NCBI RefSeq assembly: GCF_013488205.1
Contig: NZ_CP040908.1
Span: forward strand, 905,876-969,875
Length of the DNA: 64,000 nucleotides
DNA from: Empedobacter falsenii
Lineage (GTDB): Bacteria > Bacteroidota > Bacteroidia > Flavobacteriales > Weeksellaceae
Direction: 5' to 3'
The notes below the pieces were generated by a model. It was not told the origin of the DNA, searched no databases, and saw nothing but the letters and a program-made list of their open reading frames with translations. The number at the start of each line of letters is the position of its first letter. The stretch's first letter is position 1. Of this stretch, positions 60,223-64,000 are shown in pieces. The translations under genes and the position numbers were made by a program.

Positions 60223-61254
60223 TTATTTTGTTGCCTCTTTAACTTTTGGTAAAATATCTTTCCCAAAAATTTCGATAGATTTCATCATATCCAAATGATT
60301 TGGTGCTCCAACATCCATATGAGCAGAAAAGCGAGTTAAACCAAACATTTCTTGATATTTCAAAATACGATCAACCGCTAAAGAAGCGTCTCCAACAATC
60401 AAATGTCCATTCGTAGAACGTCCATAGTCAAACTGTGGTTTTGTATATTTTGGCCAACCTCTACTTGCTCCAATTCTATTCATTTGTGCACCATAAATTG
60501 GAAAATATTCTTCAGCAACTTTTTCGCTATCCTCTCCAAAAAAAGAGTGCATGTGAACGCCAATTTGCATCGTTTTAATATCATGACCATTTTCGATATA
60601 AACTTGTTTATAAATTTCGAACAGATAGTTAAAATCGGCTGGATTGCCTCCAATAATCGCAAAAATAATAGGTAAACCTAATGTTGCAGCACGTACAATT
60701 GATGATTTTGTTCCGCCAACAGCAATCCAAATAGGTAGTTTTTCTTGCACAGGTTTTGGATAAACACTTTGATTAATAATTGGCATTCTAAAATTTCCGC
60801 GCCAATTGATTACTTCGTTATTATTTAAATCTAAAAGTAAACGAAGTTTTTCATCAAAAAGAGCATCGTAATCGTTTAAATCATAACCGAAAAGAGGGAA
60901 AGATTCGATGAATGAACCGCGTCCAGCCATAATTTCAGCACGACCATTCGATAAATTGTCAACACTTGCAAAATCTTGATATAACTTTACAGGATCTGTA
61001 GAACTGATGACAGAAACGGCACTTCCCAACTTAATATTTTTTGTAACTGTAGACAAAGCAGCCAAAATAATTTCTGGAGATGAAACTGCATAATCAGGAC
61101 GATGATGCTCTCCAATTCCAAAGAAATCTAATCCAATTTCGTCCATCAATTTTACTTCTTCTATAATCTCGCTCATACGTTGTTGAGGAGTTTGCGTATA
61201 ACCAGTTTTAGAATCAATATGTAGATCGCCAAACATTCCTATTCCTAATTCCAT
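60223..61254 (-). CDS. LLM-class flavin-dependent (luciferase-like) oxidoreductase
   Basis: TIM-barrel LLM pattern (GIGMFGD ... FGIGEHH). 343 aa. Confidence 0.75.
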   Translation of the reverse strand: MELGIGMFGDLHIDSKTGYTQTPQQRMSEIIEEVKLMDEIGLDFFGIGEHHRPDYAVSSPEIILAALSTVTKNIKLGSAVSVISSTDPVKLYQDFASVDNLSNGRAEIMAGRGSFIESFPLFGYDLNDYDALFDEKLRLLLDLNNNEVINWRGNFRMPIINQSVYPKPVQEKLPIWIAVGGTKSSIVRAATLGLPIIFAIIGGNPADFNYLFEIYKQVYIENGHDIKTMQIGVHMHSFFGEDSEKVAEEYFPIYGAQMNRIGASRGWPKYTKPQFDYGRSTNGHLIVGDASLAVDRILKYQEMFGLTRFSAHMDVGAPNHLDMMKSIEIFGKDILPKVKEATK

Positions 61255-61363
61255 ACTATTTTAGATTTAGTCAAATTTACGTATAGAATTTTAGATTTAA
61301 ATTGATGTAGGATAGTTAATAAAATATCAAATTTGTATATTTAATTAATGTATATATTCTGTT

Positions 61364-62008
61364 ATGGAAGAATTTTTAGCAAAATCGGTTCAAAATGATT
61401 TGATTTTAATTTGTATATCGATTATAATTGGCGTTTTGATCGGTACGGAAAGAGAATATCGCAACAAATCTGCCGGATTAAGAACATTCATTTTAGTTAG
61501 TTTTGGATCTTGTTTGTTTACAATTCTTTCGATCCGAATTGGAGTAGGAAACCCAGATCGATTAGCAGCAAATATTATTACGGGAATTGGATTTTTAGGA
61601 GCCGGAGTAATTTTTAAGGACGATAATAAAGTTGCAGGAATTACGACCGCAACTACTATTTGGGCGACCGCGTCGTTGGGAATGTGTATTGGCGCGGGTT
61701 ATGTCTATTTAGGTTTATTGGGAAGTGTTATCGTTTTGATTATTTTGGTTGGATTAACTTATCTTCAAAATTATATTGATGATTACCATAAAATTAAAAA
61801 TTATACAATTCTCACAAAGTCGAAAGAGGAATATGAATATTGCCAAACATTATTTAAAAAATTTGATTTAAAATTTTCGGTTGCTAAGCAACATGCTACA
61901 GATGGAAATGTTTCTACAACTTGGTTGGTTAGAGGTAAAAGTAAACAACATAAAATGTTGATGAAACAATTATTAGATGATAAAATTATAAAAACCTATC
62001 AATTTTAA
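61364..62008 (+). CDS. mgtC: MgtC/SapB family membrane protein
   Basis: N-terminal MgtC domain (four or five TM helices; GIGFLGAG, TTATTIWATA) and a C-terminal ACT-like domain. Confidence 0.75.
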   Translation: MEEFLAKSVQNDLILICISIIIGVLIGTEREYRNKSAGLRTFILVSFGSCLFTILSIRIGVGNPDRLAANIITGIGFLGAGVIFKDDNKVAGITTATTIWATASLGMCIGAGYVYLGLLGSVIVLIILVGLTYLQNYIDDYHKIKNYTILTKSKEEYEYCQTLFKKFDLKFSVAKQHATDGNVSTTWLVRGKSKQHKMLMKQLLDDKIIKTYQF

Positions 62009-62013
62009 TTAGA

Positions 62014-62394
62014 ATGATAAACCTAACAGATGACAAAAATATTTGGTTAGATGAACCAGAAGACCACGATTTTCCTGCTGCGCAAGATTATTTGGAGTTA
62101 ATTTTTAAGCCTGAAATAGCTGCTTCACTTGCTCAAAAATTATCGGAAGCCGAAACAATCATAAAAAAATCCAAAGATATTTTCAGAGCGAGTAAATTGA
62201 GTTTACTTCCTTTGGAGAATAGGCATGTTCAAGAGAATTTCAAAAAAATAAAAGCAAATAAAAAGCTTTCTCCAATTTTATTGGTGCGATCTGCAAACGA
62301 ATTAATCATTGCAGATGGTTATCATCGCTTGTGTTGTAGTTATTATTTGACGGAAGATTTGGACGTTCCTTGTCGATTGATTTATGTCGAATAA
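62014..62394 (+). CDS. small ParB/Srx-fold-like protein (DGxHR-type motif)
   Basis: PILLVRSANELIIADGYHRLCC resembles the ParB N-terminal / DGQHR motif region. Confidence 0.35.
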   Translation: MINLTDDKNIWLDEPEDHDFPAAQDYLELIFKPEIAASLAQKLSEAETIIKKSKDIFRASKLSLLPLENRHVQENFKKIKANKKLSPILLVRSANELIIADGYHRLCCSYYLTEDLDVPCRLIYVE

Positions 62395-62436
62395 AAAAGT
62401 GAAATCAAACCTTGATTTCACTTTTTTATCTAAATT

Positions 62437-63018
62437 CTATCCGTGTATTGCTTCTTTATTTCCGTAAGATTGAATCAAATTTCCTTCAAAATCCAACCAT
62501 TCTTTCCAACGTTTGTCCACATCAACATCAGTGGAAAGTTTTCGAGCAAAATTTAAGAAAGTTGTGTAGTGATTTGCTTCCGAAACCATCAAATCATAGT
62601 AAAATTTTGCTAATTCTTCGTCATTAATATTTTGAGATAATGTTCTGAAACGTTCACAACTCCTGGCTTCAATCATCGCTGCAAATAACAAACGATCCAC
62701 AAAAGCCATATTACGAGAACCATCTTTTTTACAAAATTTCATCAACTGACCAACGTAATCATCTTTGCGCTCGCGACCTAATTTGTATCCACGACGCTCG
62801 ATAATTTCTACAACCATTTTGAAATGTTGCATTTCTTCGATGGCAATATCTGACATTTCTTGAATAAATTCGTCATGTTCAGAATTATACGCAATCATTG
62901 TAATCGCGTTTGTTGCCGCTTTTTGCTCACACCACGCATGATCTGTTAAAATTTCTTCTAAATTTCTTTCCGCAATATCAGCCCAACGTGGGTCTGTCAA
63001 AAGTTTTAATCCAAGCAT
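62437..63018 (-). CDS. miaE: tRNA-(ms2io6A37)-hydroxylase
   Basis: Ferritin-like di-iron protein. The N-terminus matches MiaE (LTDPRWADIAERNLEEILTDHAWCEQKAA). Confidence 0.8.
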   Translation of the reverse strand: MLGLKLLTDPRWADIAERNLEEILTDHAWCEQKAATNAITMIAYNSEHDEFIQEMSDIAIEEMQHFKMVVEIIERRGYKLGRERKDDYVGQLMKFCKKDGSRNMAFVDRLLFAAMIEARSCERFRTLSQNINDEELAKFYYDLMVSEANHYTTFLNFARKLSTDVDVDKRWKEWLDFEGNLIQSYGNKEAIHG

Positions 63019-63088
63019 TTTTCGAAAAATATTAAGTCCAAATTTACGAAATTATATTGTTTAAAGATTGAATGTGAAAAATCGTCTA

Positions 63089-63532
63089 TTAAATGATTTT
63101 CTTTTCAATCATTTCTAACATCACATCCGATGCATGTTTGAAAGTTGGTGCTTGTTCCGTTAAACTTGCTGCATTTTTTTTGTTCACTTTAAAAATCAAA
63201 TCTTTTTCAGTTGTAAATAATAAAGCGTTTGTAAATGGATTTTTGATGTAAGAACTCAAAATTAAAAAAGTCTGGTCAACACTATGAAATTGCTCAACTT
63301 CTTCAGTTTTATAACGAAAAGTGAAGGCAAAATTGTACTCATTATTTTCTAAAAGATGTAAACGAACAAAAATATTTTTAAGATCAGTATCTCCAATAGT
63401 TTTGGCCATTGTCAATTTTGCAAAAGTTCCTTCTTTGATACTTGATTTTACTTGCTCGAAAAATTCTTCAAAAACAGTTTGATAAGACATTTTATATAAT
63501 TTTAGCTGCAAATTTACATTAAAATAAGCCAA
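63089..63532 (-). CDS. hypothetical protein (probable start at the internal Met, position 63490)
   Basis: ORF only. Confidence 0.35.
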   Translation of the reverse strand: MAYFNVNLQLKLYKMSYQTVFEEFFEQVKSSIKEGTFAKLTMAKTIGDTDLKNIFVRLHLLENNEYNFAFTFRYKTEEVEQFHSVDQTFLILSSYIKNPFTNALLFTTEKDLIFKVNKKNAASLTEQAPTFKHASDVMLEMIEKKII

Positions 63533-63588
63533 TTGGGCGCATAATATTTAATCTTCCGATTAACAAACAGAAAGCGTAATTTTGTGGG

Positions 63589-64000
63589 ATGAAAAAACTT
63601 TTAATCATCGGTCAAGTTTGGCCAGAACCAACTTCTTCTGCGGCAGGAACTCGAATGATTCAGTTAATTGATTGTTTCAAAAAAGCTGAGTTTGAGATAA
63701 CTTTTGCGTGCGCTGCTTCAAAATCTGATTATAGTTTTGATTTGATTTCGAAAGGTGTAAAAGAAGTTGAAATTCAGTTAAATGATGAAAGTTTTGATGA
63801 TTTTGTCAAAGAATTAAATCCCGAAATTGTTCTTTTTGATCGTTTTATGATTGAAGAACAATATGGTTGGCGCGTTTCGAAAGAATGTCCAAATGCGTTG
63901 AAAATTTTGGATACAGAAGATTTACATTTTCTACGAAATGCGCGACAAGAAGCAACCAAAAAAGGAATTGAATTTACAGAAGATATATTGTTTTCAGATT
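63589..64000 (+). CDS. glycosyltransferase-like protein, 3'-truncated by window edge
   Basis: ATG at 63589, open to the window end. N-terminal Rossmann-like GT-B pattern (KKLLIIGQVWPEPTSSAAGTRM). Confidence 0.4.
   Translation, partial: MKKLLIIGQVWPEPTSSAAGTRMIQLIDCFKKAEFEITFACAASKSDYSFDLISKGVKEVEIQLNDESFDDFVKELNPEIVLFDRFMIEEQYGWRVSKECPNALKILDTEDLHFLRNARQEATKKGIEFTEDILFSD

Noticed and set aside
1-64000. CRISPR arrays, transposases or IS elements
   Set aside because: There are no regularly spaced direct repeats. No transposase-like or integrase-like ORF appears in any frame.

Overview
This window looks like low-GC Bacteroidota (Flavobacteriia-type) chromosome. It has tight gene packing, T9SS/TonB-dependent-receptor proteins and palindromic hairpin/T-tract terminators. 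Most of it is housekeeping: guaA, xpt, dnaB, accA, thiolase, rbfA, glyQS, dnaJ-grpE, rny, zapA, class-I RNR, hemF and miaE. There are also three identical tandem tRNA-Gln(UUG) genes.

The most unusual locus is at 28.2-34.4 kb. It is a translationally coupled minus-strand operon encoding an SPFH/band-7 protein, two Pol-beta-type nucleotidyltransferases and an archaeal/eukaryal-type RtcB RNA ligase. Upstream on the same strand lies a structured non-coding element made of two tandem 69-nt circularly permuted tRNA-like modules. Each module has a T-arm, an acceptor helix capped by a tetraloop, and a D-arm, all closed by a shared AATGAT/ATCATT stem, with compensatory covariation between the copies. 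A divergently transcribed WYL-domain regulator sits beyond it. This resembles the Rsr/Y-RNA/RtcB RNA-repair architecture of proteobacteria, but without Ro and with different accessory enzymes.

Other points of note are a probable 6S RNA between zapA and rny, an HYC_CC_PP / TonB-dependent receptor / HMA metal-uptake trio, a class-Id-like RNR with a short NrdA lacking the ATP cone, and a small palindromic element found at two intergenic sites.
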